Origin: Desulfatiglandales bacterium
GTDB taxonomy: Bacteria; Desulfobacterota; DSM-4660; Desulfatiglandales; HGW-15
DNA length: 64,000 nucleotides
Direction: 5' to 3'
NCBI GenBank assembly: GCA_963667015.2
Contig: CAXXJJ010000004.1
Span: 3,744,001-3,808,000, forward strand
The position numbers and the translations under genes were made by a program. This document shows, piece by piece, positions 44,115 through 53,019 of this stretch; positions within the stretch are counted from its first letter, which is position 1; each line of letters starts with the position of its first letter. The notes under the pieces are model-generated. The model saw only the letters and a list, made by a program, of their open reading frames with translations. It had not been told where the DNA came from and made no database searches.

Positions 44115-45470
44115 ATGCTAAGCCAAAATAAAATCGCCAGGGATGAACAAAACACAAACCAGGGACATCTTAAAACTCAGGTAAGAGCCCTGGCAGGCTC
44201 CGGTGCTGCAATGGATGAAAAGATCAAAAATACCGGGAAAAAATGGAAATACATTTCTATGGCTGTAGGGGCAATAATAATTATTTCTGCAGCAGTATGG
44301 TCCATCATGAGCCTCAAAGGAGACCGCAGTTTCAGGGTAGCGGCAGACACCCTCACGATCTCTACTGTTACGACAGGTACATTCGAAGACTACATACCCA
44401 TAAGGGGCAGGATTGTCCCGCGCACTACTGTCTTTCTGGATGCCATAGAAGGCGGCAGGGTTGACAACGTTTATGTTGAAGACGGGGATATACTTAAAAA
44501 GGGAGACCTAATAATAAGCCTTTCAAACAGTACCCTGCAGTTAAATGTAACTAACGCCGAGGCACAGGTAGCAGAACAGTTAAACAATATGCGCACAACA
44601 GAGCTTTCCCTGGAACAGAATCGATTGAACAATAAGCGGAGCATCCTTGAAATTAGACACCAGATAGAAAACCTGAAAAGAGACCTGGAAGCAGACCGAC
44701 AGCTCGGAGAAGAGGGATTCATAAGTAAACGTGAATTGCTTGATAAGGAAAAAGAGCTGGTTTATCAGCAGGACCGCCTTGCGCTTCTGCTTGAAAGTCA
44801 GGAATCGGATGAAAGGCTGCAGAAACAGCAGCTCGTAGCACAGAAAGATACCAGCGAACGGCTCGAAAAAAACCTGACAGTAGCAAGGAAAAATCTTGAT
44901 GATCTCAATGTTAGAGCACCAATCGCAGGCAAGCTTTCCGGCTTTGACTCAGAAGTGGGGCAGAACATAATGCCGGGAGGTCGCCTCGGACAGATCGATA
45001 TACCGGACCAGTTCAAACTCCAGGCCGACATTGATGAATTCTACATAAACCGTGTGGACATAGGTCAGTCGGCTAATTACCAGAACAATGGTAAAAGTTA
45101 TCCGGCAAAAGTCAAAAAAATATATCCCCAGGTTAATAATGGCCAGTTCCAGGTGGACATTCAGTTTACAGAGAGCCAGCCTCCTGAGTTAAGGCGCGGG
45201 CAGACCCTCCAGGCAAAGCTCACACTGGGCGATGAATCAGAGGCAATACTCATTCCCAATGGTTCCTTCTATCAGGACACAGGCGGCAACTGGATATTTG
45301 TAACAACTCCTGACGGTGCCGAAGCAGTGAAGCGCAACATTGTACTTGGAAGAAGAAACAGTTCATATATAGAAGTACTTGAGGGACTGGAGCCCGGAGA
45401 ACTGGTAGTGACATCATCTTACAGCGGATATGAAGAGATAGATAGGTTGAAGATAAAAAACAATGATTAA
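44115..45470 (+). CDS. Periplasmic adaptor (HlyD/MacA-like membrane fusion protein)
   Basis: TM anchor, EGGRV, long coiled coil, RAPIAGKL, IEVLEGLEPGE; start may be further downstream. Confidence 0.9.
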   Translation: MLSQNKIARDEQNTNQGHLKTQVRALAGSGAAMDEKIKNTGKKWKYISMAVGAIIIISAAVWSIMSLKGDRSFRVAADTLTISTVTTGTFEDYIPIRGRIVPRTTVFLDAIEGGRVDNVYVEDGDILKKGDLIISLSNSTLQLNVTNAEAQVAEQLNNMRTTELSLEQNRLNNKRSILEIRHQIENLKRDLEADRQLGEEGFISKRELLDKEKELVYQQDRLALLLESQESDERLQKQQLVAQKDTSERLEKNLTVARKNLDDLNVRAPIAGKLSGFDSEVGQNIMPGGRLGQIDIPDQFKLQADIDEFYINRVDIGQSANYQNNGKSYPAKVKKIYPQVNNGQFQVDIQFTESQPPELRRGQTLQAKLTLGDESEAILIPNGSFYQDTGGNWIFVTTPDGAEAVKRNIVLGRRNSSYIEVLEGLEPGELVVTSSYSGYEEIDRLKIKNND

Positions 45471-45476
45471 AAACAT

Positions 45477-45806
45477 GTCTCTCACAGAGCTCGCAGAGGC
45501 CGCAGAGAATGACAAAAGCAATTTTTTTAATAAAACAAAAAACTAAAAACATATTTACCACAGAGGACACGGAGAATCACTGCAAAAGACAAAAGCTATA
45601 ACTCTTGCTCTAGCTCATACTCTTAATCTTACTCTGTATTTAAAAACATATTTACCCACCGCCGTCGCATAAAGCTATGGCGGGACAGGCGAAAAAAACA
45701 AAAACGATTTTTTTAATAAATACAAAAACAATAAAAAGCTTTTCTCTGCGCTCTCTGCGGGCTCTAGCGAAGCGGGCGAGAGATAATAAAACAGATTACA
45801 CAGATA
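45477..45806. repeat. Composite nest of palindromic/periodic elements
   Basis: Outer arms match 19301-19410 inverted; inside are CCACAGAGGACACGGAG, a 6-bp periodic run (45595-45635) and an AAGCTA palindrome. Confidence 0.75.
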
Positions 45807-45830
45807 TCAACAATAACAAGGAGAACCTAA

Positions 45831-46544
45831 ATGTTAAAAATGCACGGAATCACAAAAGTCTACAGAACCACCGACATCCAGACCACCGCCTTAAACAACA
45901 TCAATCTTGAAGTAAACCGCGGAGAGTTTGTTGCCATTATGGGACCATCCGGTTGTGGAAAATCCACACTGCTCAATGTTATAGGCATGCTGGATAACCC
46001 AACAAAGGGAGATTATTATTTTAATGATGAAAACATTGCCGGTTATGATGAATCAAAGTTGTGTGACATAAGAAAACACAATATAGGTTTTATCTTCCAG
46101 TCTTTTAACCTTATTGATGAATTATCTGTCTTCCAGAATGTCGAACTTGCCCTCCTTTATCATAACATTCCCTCAAAAGAACGTCGGGAACGTGTAGAGG
46201 CTGTAATGGACAAGGTTGGAATTGCACACCGCGCAAAGCACATGCCAAGCCAGTTGTCCGGAGGTCAGCAGCAAAGGGTGGCAGTAGCCCGCGCTGTTGT
46301 AGGCAACCAGGCGCTTATACTTGCAGATGAGCCTACGGGTAATCTTGATTCCGCACACGGGCAGGAAGTTATGGAAATGCTTCAGCAGCTTAATGATGAG
46401 GGAACAACAATTATAATGGTAACCCACAGCCCGTCTCATGCGGACTTTGCCAAGCGTACAGTAAACCTGTTTGACGGATCGGTCGTTACACAGAGCAGAC
46501 GGGTTGATGAGTGTGTCCCGGAACAGAGAGTGAGTGCGGTGTAA
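45831..46544 (+). CDS. ABC ATPase (LolD/MacB-like)
   Basis: GPSGCGKSTL, LSGGQQQRVA, ADEPTGNLD, VTH. Confidence 0.95.
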   Translation: MLKMHGITKVYRTTDIQTTALNNINLEVNRGEFVAIMGPSGCGKSTLLNVIGMLDNPTKGDYYFNDENIAGYDESKLCDIRKHNIGFIFQSFNLIDELSVFQNVELALLYHNIPSKERRERVEAVMDKVGIAHRAKHMPSQLSGGQQQRVAVARAVVGNQALILADEPTGNLDSAHGQEVMEMLQQLNDEGTTIIMVTHSPSHADFAKRTVNLFDGSVVTQSRRVDECVPEQRVSAV

Positions 46545-46548
46545 AACA

Positions 46549-46777
46549 TGAACCGCAAAGGCGCAAAGGGCGCGAAGAAAAACATTTATAATTGTAAAAA
46601 CAAGTACAAAGGCGTCTTCTCAAAGAGCTGGAGTCTTTATTGATTCTGACTATGCCCTGTTAAATTCATGTCCATGACAGCGAAGCGTATTTATACATGG
46701 GGTTTTCTTTCAGAATCAATAAAAATAAACCCTTTGCGAACTTAGCGTCTTGAGAGAGCGCAGCGAACGGGCGGTTA
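46549..46777. repeat. Composite 9-bp-periodic element, homologous to 52765-52988
   Basis: TGAACCGCAAAGGCGCAAAGGGCGCGAAG ... CTTTGCGAACTTAGCGTCTTGAGAGAGCGCAGCGAACGGGCGGT; inner TTTATTGATTCTGA/TCAGAATCAATAAA. Confidence 0.75.
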
Positions 46778-46807
46778 ATCTTTTTATCAATATGAGGAAA
46801 AGCCAAA

Positions 46808-49294
46808 ATGCTCAAAAACTACTTCACAATAGCAATAAACACTTTATTAAAAAACAAGCTCTACAGTGCGATCAATATCGCAGGTCTTACTATCGGCCTT
46901 GCAGCCTGCATTATCATTGCTCTGTATGTCAGGGATCAATATTCCTATGACAAGCAATGGAAAGATTCAGACAGGATATATCGGGTAAATTTTTCAGGGC
47001 AAAGGCCGGGAGAGGAGCGCATTAGGTCTTCTTTAACCCCTTTACCTGCGATGCAGGCACTGAAAGAATACTTCAAAGGCAATTTTGAACAGACAGCCAG
47101 GGCCTATGCCGGCGATTTTACCATTGACATAGGTTCTGACAGTTTTAAAAGCAGACTTACAAATGTAGATCCTGCCTTTATTGATATTTTCCAGTTAAAG
47201 GTCATCGCGGGAAGCCTGAAAGATACCCTCACAAGCAAAACCAATGTCGCATTAAGTGAGGAAACAGCAAAACGCCATTTTGGGAGTCAGTATCCCATTG
47301 GAAAAGTGATAACAGCACATATCCAAAATATCAAAGCCGATTACAAGGTAACCGCTGTATATCGCATCCCGGGAAATTCAGTTCTTGATGATATACCAAT
47401 CATATCTCTTCTTGATGATACAACTATCCCTCAAGCAATGAGTCACTGGTTTAATTGGGCTTGCCAAACATATATCAAACTGAAGGCAGGCGTTAATATT
47501 GATACCATGAAACCTCTCCTGCCTGCATTAATAGACCGGAATATCGATGTTTCAAAATTCTATTCTGATCCCAACGTGAAAGCCAGTAATTTTATATCAA
47601 TGGATTTTCAGAGACTGGATACTGCACATCTTGATACCCCCTGGGATGTAAGAAGAGCCGGCGGGAACAAGATAGTGGTTATGTCTTTTGCAGGCATATC
47701 TCTGCTTGTTCTTTTGATCGGCTGTATCAACTTCACAATTCTTGCTACCGCAAAGGCCACACAACGGGCAAGAGAAGTTGCCATGAGAAAGGTTGTAGGG
47801 GCAAAGCGAAAACAACTGATTGTTCAGTTTATTGGCGAATCTATATTTATTGTATTTCTGTCCATGATACTGTCCATAGGTGTGGTTGAAATAATGCTCC
47901 CTGCATTCGAATCCATAGTGGGCAAATCCTTTCCATTGTATTACTCCTCACCATCAACCTTTCTGCCTTTACTGGCCCTGCTCCTTATTGTGGGCATAAG
48001 CGGCGGCCTGTATCCCGCATTTATTCTTTCCGGCTTCAGGCCCGGAGATACCCTCAAGGCGAATCAGTCAAAGGAAACCCGCGGTTCTATGTCTCTCAGG
48101 AATGTGCTCGTAGTATTTCAGTTCTGTATCTCTATTATCCTGATTGTTTCCACTGGTGTTATTTACACCCAGATGCAATACAGCATGAATCGTGATCCCG
48201 GTTATAATAAGGATAATCTCCTCGTCATCAATGGTTTTGGTTCGGATAAAAAAATACAAGCGAAGATTGAAGTTCTTAAACAGGAACTGTTATCCCTTGC
48301 AGATGTTTCATCGGTGGGGTTATCGCAGGTTCAACCCAGCCAACAGTATCAGAACAATATTGTCTGTACAAAGCAAGGTCATCCGGAAACCACTTATATT
48401 GAGCCAGTAGTGGGTATCGGTTATGATTATTTTAAGACCTACCGGATCCCCATTGTAGCGGGCAGGGATTATTCTATTGACCGTGATATCCCCGATCCAA
48501 AATTTGATATAATGACATCTACTATAAACAAAAATGAAGCAAAAGAGCTGATTCATAGAAGTGTAATCATTAATGAAAACGCTGCCAGAGCATTGGGTTT
48601 TACAAGTCCGGAAGAGGCCGTTGGAAATATCCTTAATTCTACTACCTACAATAATATGAGTTACACGATTATCGGTGTTGCTTCTGATAATCAAATATTC
48701 AGTATAAAGGCTCTGCCAAGAGCGGAAGTGTATCCTCTTCTTCAACCAGACGAGGCCTATGTAGTGACCATTCGTTTTAAGGGCTCCCCCAAAAAGATAT
48801 TAAAGGAGGTTAACAGCATCTGTGAAAGAGTGGTAGGGAAGGAGAAGATATCAACTGTTTTTGTTGACCAGCTTATCGCAAAGGAGTTTCAGCAGGAGAA
48901 AGCAGAACAGAATATCATTATCAGCTTTTCCATACTTGCGATTCTTATTGCCTGCATGGGATTGTTCGGCTCAGCTTCATTCACAGTGGAACGTCGTACC
49001 AAAGAGATAGGTCTGCGCAAGATAATGGGTGCAAAAGTAAAAAACATTGTCAGCCTGCTTCTCTGGCAGTTTTCAAAGCCTGTGCTTATAGCAACCATTA
49101 TTGCCTGGCCTGTTGCCATATTTGCCATGCAGTACTGGTTGGAACGGTTCACCTATCGGTTTAATTCATTGTTGATGATTCCCATATGCCTTGTTTCAGG
49201 ATTGATCGCTCTGGTTATTGCATGGTTTACAGTAGCAGGAAATACAACACGGGTTGCAAAGAGTAAACCGATTAAGGCGCTGAGGTATGAATAA
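46808..49294 (+). CDS. Duplicated FtsX/MacB-type ABC permease, copy 1
   Basis: MLKNYF..., CINF...RAREVAMRKVVGA, second RTKEIGLRK module, ALRYE terminus. Confidence 0.93.
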   Translation: MLKNYFTIAINTLLKNKLYSAINIAGLTIGLAACIIIALYVRDQYSYDKQWKDSDRIYRVNFSGQRPGEERIRSSLTPLPAMQALKEYFKGNFEQTARAYAGDFTIDIGSDSFKSRLTNVDPAFIDIFQLKVIAGSLKDTLTSKTNVALSEETAKRHFGSQYPIGKVITAHIQNIKADYKVTAVYRIPGNSVLDDIPIISLLDDTTIPQAMSHWFNWACQTYIKLKAGVNIDTMKPLLPALIDRNIDVSKFYSDPNVKASNFISMDFQRLDTAHLDTPWDVRRAGGNKIVVMSFAGISLLVLLIGCINFTILATAKATQRAREVAMRKVVGAKRKQLIVQFIGESIFIVFLSMILSIGVVEIMLPAFESIVGKSFPLYYSSPSTFLPLLALLLIVGISGGLYPAFILSGFRPGDTLKANQSKETRGSMSLRNVLVVFQFCISIILIVSTGVIYTQMQYSMNRDPGYNKDNLLVINGFGSDKKIQAKIEVLKQELLSLADVSSVGLSQVQPSQQYQNNIVCTKQGHPETTYIEPVVGIGYDYFKTYRIPIVAGRDYSIDRDIPDPKFDIMTSTINKNEAKELIHRSVIINENAARALGFTSPEEAVGNILNSTTYNNMSYTIIGVASDNQIFSIKALPRAEVYPLLQPDEAYVVTIRFKGSPKKILKEVNSICERVVGKEKISTVFVDQLIAKEFQQEKAEQNIIISFSILAILIACMGLFGSASFTVERRTKEIGLRKIMGAKVKNIVSLLLWQFSKPVLIATIIAWPVAIFAMQYWLERFTYRFNSLLMIPICLVSGLIALVIAWFTVAGNTTRVAKSKPIKALRYE

Positions 49295-49305
49295 AAGAAA
49301 GGTTT

Positions 49306-49449
49306 ACCCTGTTAAATAGTTTTGAGTATTTAACTACTCAAATCTTACCTTGAGATAAAAAGTATACTCTTTGATAGATATTTTATCTTTAGAACAATAG
49401 AGCCTAAATGAAATTACATCACGCTAACTCTCAAGGTATTTAACAGGGT
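49306..49449. mobile_element. 144-bp MITE-like element
   Basis: Perfect 13-bp terminal inverted repeats ACCCTGTTAAATA/TATTTAACAGGGT; AT-rich non-coding interior; adjoins a 7-bp periodic run. Confidence 0.6.
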
Positions 49450-49515
49450 GAAGGTATAAGGTTTGCGGTTCAAGGTTAAAAACCTGAATACCACGTCATA
49501 CCAGTGTAGGTATGC

Positions 49516-49546
49516 TGTCATTCCGCGACTTGATCACGGAATCCAG
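49516..49546. repeat. Short palindromic element (GTCATTCCG...CGGAATCCAG type)
   Basis: TGTCATTCCGCGACTTGATCACGGAATCCAG. Confidence 0.5.
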
Positions 49547-49574
49547 AAACTTAACTGAAAATAAGGAGCATACT

Positions 49575-50057
49575 ATGAAGAGGTTCATAATTTTAATCAT
49601 CATCCTGCTAGCACTTGTTCCATGTTCATTTGCTGTCGATAATTTCAAAAACTCGAGCAAGGCTGAATCCGAAAAGCAGAAAGCTCCTCCACCGGATAAT
49701 GTTGCATATGTAAAACCAACCGATGATGTACCTAAGAACATTCAAAATCTCATAGGTAAGTGGGAAGGTGACTGGGGTGGCAAGTTAAACTCATATATGA
49801 TTTTTGAAGAGGTCACGGCAGATTCGGCGCGCATGATTTTCGGAATTGGCCCCCAGCCCACAATCGGAGACACAAAAGGCCAATACACTCGTTATACTGT
49901 GACCCTTGTGTCTTCTGATAACAGATCCGGTATTTATTTTGAGTTTGCCAAAAAAAAATGCTCATTGTCAGCTGACGGTAGAACAATTAACGCTGTATAT
50001 AACGGCCAGACATCGATCTCTATGAATAAAACCGAAAATCCTTTCACTAATAACTGA
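49575..50057 (+). CDS. Secreted hypothetical protein
   Basis: AAGGAG SD; signal peptide MKRFIILIIILLALVPCSFA; IGKWEGDW. Confidence 0.75.
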   Translation: MKRFIILIIILLALVPCSFAVDNFKNSSKAESEKQKAPPPDNVAYVKPTDDVPKNIQNLIGKWEGDWGGKLNSYMIFEEVTADSARMIFGIGPQPTIGDTKGQYTRYTVTLVSSDNRSGIYFEFAKKKCSLSADGRTINAVYNGQTSISMNKTENPFTNN

Positions 50058-50087
50058 AAGATTAATTATGAATAAAAGGAAAATTAA

Positions 50088-50185
50088 CTGGGATACTGGA
50101 TACTCGATGCTGGCCAAAAACAATAAATTTGAGACAAGCATCAAGTTTTAAACATCCTGTATCCAGATACAAGTATCTAGCATCG
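50088..50185. repeat. Inverted 7-bp periodic repeats
   Basis: ATACTGG ATACTCG ATGCTGG ... CATCCTG TATCCAG ATACAAG TATCTAG CATCG. Confidence 0.65.
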
Positions 50186-50256
50186 TTTAATAACAGGTAA
50201 GAACTTTATATAAAGACATGAGTAGATTACAGACAAGGAACACTTAGAGGCATGCC

Positions 50257-52758
50257 ATGCTAAAAAACTACTTCACAATAGCATTAAACAATCTGATCAA
50301 AAACAAGCTTTACAGTTTCATAAATATCGCCGGCCTTGCAATAGGGCTGGCGGCGTGCATTGTCATCGCTCTGTATGTCAGCGACCAATATTCCTATGAC
50401 AAGCAATGGAAAAATTCAGACAGGATGTATCGAGTAAATACTTCGGTAGAATTGCCGGGAAGAGAGCCCATAAGAGCCGCTTTTGCCCCATTACTGGCAA
50501 TGCCTGCACTGGAAGAATACTTCAAGGATAAAATCGAGCAAAGCGCCCGGACCTTCGTGTACCCTATGATGATAATCGACACGGGAACCACCAGCTTTAA
50601 AGAAAGAAAGGTGAATGTCGATCCCTCCTTTATCGAGATGTTCCAGCTTAAAGTCCTTGCGGGAAGTCTGGAAGATACATTCACAAATATTACTAATATC
50701 GCATTAAGCGAGAAAATCGCCAGTCATCATTTCGGAAATCAGTATCCCATCGGAAAAGTGATAACCATAGGCTCCGGAAGTTTCAAAGCCGATTGCAAGG
50801 TGACTGCCGTATTCCGCATTCCTGGCAATACGGTTTTAGATGATATCCCCCTGTTAGGCCTGTTGGACGATACGATGCTTACCTCTGTCCAAAGAATGTG
50901 GGGCAGTATTAATACTGGCACATATTTTAAACTTAAAAAAGGGATTGATATTGAAACCCTAAAATCACTCACTCCCGCATTGATCGACCGGAATTTCGAT
51001 ATTTCCGGTTTCATGACCGATCCCGGCTTGAAGGCTAGTGATATCCTTTCACTGGATTTTCAAAAACTGGAAACAGCACACCTTGATTCGCCCTGGGACA
51101 CCTTTAGGGCGGGCGGGAACAAAGCAGTGGTGATGTCTTTTGCCGGAATATCACTGCTAGTCCTCCTGATCGGCTGCATCAACTTTACGATCCTCACTAC
51201 TGCAAAAGCCACACAGCGGGCCAGGGAAGTCGCCATGAGAAAAGTCGCGGGAGCGAAGAGAAAACAACTGTTTATACAGTTTATCGGCGAATCCACATTT
51301 ATTGTATTTCTGTCCATGATACTGTCCCTAGGTGTGGTTGAATTAATGCTCCCCGTATTTGAAACCATAGTGGGCAAATCCTTTTCATTGGATTACACTT
51401 CGCCGTCTACATTTCTGCCTTTGCTGACCCTGCTCCTTATTGTGGGCATAAGCGGCGGCCTGTATCCCGCATTTGTTCTTTCCAGCTTCAGGCCTGGAGA
51501 CACTTTAAAGGCGAATCAGTCGAAGGAGACCCGAGGTTCCATTTCTCTCAGGCAATTACTTGTAATATTCCAGTTCAGTGTATCCATCATTCTTATTATT
51601 TCCACGGGAGTAATTTATATACAGACGAAATACAGCATAAACCGTGACCCCGGCTATAATAAGGATAATTTGATAGTTATTAACAAGCTTGCAGGGAATG
51701 AAAAATTTATAGGCAAAATCGACCTTCTCAAACAGGAACTGTTAAACCTTGTCGATATCTCAGATGTAAGCGTATCGGAGTATCAACCTGGTCAGCAAGG
51801 TGAGACCGCTATGCCTTATACGCTTCCCGGACACCCGGAAACAACTTATTTGGAAGTTAGAACCTTTATTGATTGGGATTATTTCAAAACATACCAGATT
51901 CCCATTATCGCAGGAAGGGATTTCTCCATAGATCGCGATATTACCGAACCACAATGGAATATAAGGGCAGCCTCTTCCGACAGAAATGAGTCCAAGGAAC
52001 TTTTTGAAAGAAACACTATCATCAATGAAAGTGCAGTGAGAGAATTCGGTTTCACCGATGCAAAGGATGCTGTTGGAAAAGTCCTCAACTCAAACGTAAA
52101 CGGCAATGGTTTCAATATCAATATCAGTTACACAATTATCGGAGTAGTGGCAGATAATCACATGTTCAGCATAAGTGCTCCACCGAGAGCGGAAGTATAC
52201 CTGATTAATCCGTCAGCAGCCAATGTCATGACTGTTCGTTTTAAAGGACCTACTAAAGAAATATTAACACAGGTCAAATCGACCTGGAAAGACGTTACAG
52301 GCGATGAGGAAATATCCTATGTTTTTGTTGACCAGCTACTCGCAGAAGAATTTCAACAGGAACAGACAGAAATGAAAGTATTCATCAGCTTTTCTCTACT
52401 GGCTATTATTATTGCCTGCATGGGGCTGTACGGCTCCGCGTCCTTTATAGTAGATCGGCGTACCAAGGAGATAGGCCTGCGTAAGGTTATGGGGGCTAAG
52501 GTCAAAAATATAGTGAGTTTACTTCTCTGGCAGTTTTCCAAACCCGTTTTATTGGCAAACATTATCGCCTGGCCTGTTGCAATATTCGTCATGCAATACT
52601 GGCTTGATCGATTTACCTATCAATTTAATTCATTGTTGATGATTCCAATATGCCTGGTATCAGGGTTAATAGCGCTGGCTATTGCATGGTTTACAGTAGC
52701 AGGGAATACAACACGGGTGGCGAAGAGCAGGCCGATTAAGGCATTACGATATGAGTAG
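50257..52758 (+). CDS. FtsX/MacB-type ABC permease, copy 2
   Basis: Same architecture and termini as copy 1. Confidence 0.93.
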   Translation: MLKNYFTIALNNLIKNKLYSFINIAGLAIGLAACIVIALYVSDQYSYDKQWKNSDRMYRVNTSVELPGREPIRAAFAPLLAMPALEEYFKDKIEQSARTFVYPMMIIDTGTTSFKERKVNVDPSFIEMFQLKVLAGSLEDTFTNITNIALSEKIASHHFGNQYPIGKVITIGSGSFKADCKVTAVFRIPGNTVLDDIPLLGLLDDTMLTSVQRMWGSINTGTYFKLKKGIDIETLKSLTPALIDRNFDISGFMTDPGLKASDILSLDFQKLETAHLDSPWDTFRAGGNKAVVMSFAGISLLVLLIGCINFTILTTAKATQRAREVAMRKVAGAKRKQLFIQFIGESTFIVFLSMILSLGVVELMLPVFETIVGKSFSLDYTSPSTFLPLLTLLLIVGISGGLYPAFVLSSFRPGDTLKANQSKETRGSISLRQLLVIFQFSVSIILIISTGVIYIQTKYSINRDPGYNKDNLIVINKLAGNEKFIGKIDLLKQELLNLVDISDVSVSEYQPGQQGETAMPYTLPGHPETTYLEVRTFIDWDYFKTYQIPIIAGRDFSIDRDITEPQWNIRAASSDRNESKELFERNTIINESAVREFGFTDAKDAVGKVLNSNVNGNGFNINISYTIIGVVADNHMFSISAPPRAEVYLINPSAANVMTVRFKGPTKEILTQVKSTWKDVTGDEEISYVFVDQLLAEEFQQEQTEMKVFISFSLLAIIIACMGLYGSASFIVDRRTKEIGLRKVMGAKVKNIVSLLLWQFSKPVLLANIIAWPVAIFVMQYWLDRFTYQFNSLLMIPICLVSGLIALAIAWFTVAGNTTRVAKSRPIKALRYE

Positions 52759-52764
52759 AAAATT

Positions 52765-52988
52765 TGAACCGCAAAGACGCAAAGGACGCGAAGAAAAACA
52801 TTTATTGTTTTTAATGCAAATACAAAAAGTTAAGATGAATGAAACAGAATAAATTATTTCAAAACAATATCAAAGGCAGCTACCCGCAGGGCTAGAGTCT
52901 TTATGGATTCTGAGTTTTCTTACAGAATCCATAAAAATAAAACCTTTGCGTACTTAGCGTCTTGAGAGAGCGCAGCGAGCGGGCGGTG
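52765..52988. repeat. Composite 9-bp-periodic element, homologous to 46549-46777
   Basis: TGAACCGCAAAGACGCAAAGGACGCGAAG ... CTTTGCGTACTTAGCGTCTTGAGAGAGCGCAGCGAGCGGGCGGT. Confidence 0.75.
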
Positions 52989-53019
52989 AAATCTTTTAAT
53001 AAGAATAGGAAAAAAGCTT

